Below are positions 63,022-64,000 of a stretch of 64,000 bases of DNA, piece by piece. The position numbers and the translations under genes are program-made. The stretch comes from Alphaproteobacteria bacterium (GTDB taxonomy: Bacteria; Pseudomonadota; Alphaproteobacteria; SHVV01), in contig OZ253470.1 in the NCBI GenBank assembly GCA_965261735.1, positions 1,600,001 through 1,664,000 on the forward strand, in the 5' to 3' direction. The notes under the pieces are model-generated. The model was not told the DNA's origin. It saw nothing but the letters and a program-made list of their open reading frames with translations, and made no database searches. Positions within the stretch are counted from its first letter, which is position 1. Each line of letters begins with the position of its first letter.

Positions 63022-63200
63022 CTACGCCGGAACGGGTCTTCGTCGCAGATCATTGATCAGTTCCAGAATCTGCTGGAACAAGCTTCGTGACACGGTAACC
63101 TCGGCCAATTGGAACGTGGCGTATCGGCCATCGCGGACAACTTTGGCCCCGATCCTCACCATCTTTTCCCACGGTGTAGTCAACGGCCAGTGTTCACCTG
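63022..63200 (-). pseudogene. IS1380-like transposase 3' remnant
   Basis: HWPLTTPWEKMVRIGAKVVRDGRYATFQLAEVTVSRSLFQQIL*. Confidence 0.72.
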
Positions 63201-63269
63201 TCCCTTCTATTTATTACATCGGCCCTGCCAACGACGGCTCGGTTTTCCGGAACGGGCATCAAATTGATT

Positions 63270-64000
63270 TAGCAGGCTGCTGAAAAAGTCATCATTGCCG
63301 GGCCTTGAACTCGGATTCATCGCCGAAATGAAATGAGATTTCGTGTCTTAGGGTGAAACCGTCTTCAATCTCGACCGATCCGATGCCCTGGGCTTCGTCC
63401 AGTTCGATGATCTACCACTTTGCGGTCAGCGGCGTGCCGGCATCGCCCGTCATGTTGGCGCCTCCGCCAGCAGTCTGGGTAGTCGGACGAGGTTGTAGGC
63501 GGCCAAGGCCAGGGTGAACGAAGCGTCGACCCGGTGGCGGCCCCGGAATTTGGTCTTGCTCAATCCCGCGCTCGTCTTGACCCAGCCGAAGACCTCCTCG
63601 ATGCGCTTGCGGCAACGTTGGCTGACGCCGTAACCGGGATGGCGCGTCGTGCGCCCGTCTATCTTGGTCTTGCGCCGCTTGCCGGTCTTGGTGACGTGGT
63701 CCTGGACGGCGATATGGGGGGTCACCTTGCGGTGCCGCAGTTCCTCGACAAAATCCGCGACGTCAAAACCCTTGTCCCCGCCCACCGTGATCCGACGCCG
63801 CCCGCCTCTACTCTCCACCGGGCGATGCCTGTCGATCAGATCAAGGGCGGCTTCGCGTTCCGCCGTGCCCGACGCAATGGTCACGCCGCCGCCGACTGCC
63901 AGACCATGGCGGTTCTCCGTCAGCGCATGGCCCATGTAACACAGCTTGCTTTCCCGGCCATTACCCTTGCGATAAAGCCGGGCGTCCGGATCAGTGGTGC
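63270..64000 (-). mobile_element. IS5-family element, 3' part (transposase stop 63450; runs off the window end)
   Basis: End TAGCAGGCTGCTGAAAAAGTC; MGHALTENRHGL, GDKGFD, SQRCRKRIEEVFGW, AAYNLVRL. Confidence 0.9.

Noticed and set aside
21614-64000. The two IS5 pieces as halves of one split element
   Set aside because: They share ~150 bp of the same sequence, so they are separate copies

Overview
GC-rich, heavily decayed accessory region of an alphaproteobacterium. The taxon is inferred from the ATPase zeta subunit, a GCS2 ligase, sox genes and the IS types; the cadherin/PPC surface protein and gene decay hint at a host-associated lineage. About 20 complete or partial IS elements are present (IS21, ISL3, IS5 IS903-group, IS5 DUF772-type, IS1595, IS256, IS630, IS66, IS3, IS6, IS1380). 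They are mixed with remnants of integrative/conjugative elements: tyrosine integrases, a tRNA-Met att site, a ParB-like gene, type IV pilus fragments and umuDC. Defence-island genes include AbiE, HEPN-MNT, RHH-PIN, an ApeA-like HEPN, a PHP-ATPase, an RloC-like ATPase, and HsdM and McrC fragments. Intact metabolic genes are a compact soxYZEF + YeeE/YedE module, a TauD-family dioxygenase, GST, a YbdK-type ligase, DsbA and LysE. Best candidates for something new: (1) an intact IS66 (8-bp TSD) carrying a minimal adenine methyltransferase coupled to its transposase and inserted in a second putative methyltransferase gene; (2) a protease-dead, pre-trimmed UmuD'-like gene coupled to umuC; (3) several small non-coding elements, namely an IS110-like mini-element, an att-core-bounded palindromic segment and a repeated hairpin leader. 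All family assignments come from motif recognition by eye, not database searches. Several 1-bp frameshifts may be sequencing errors.
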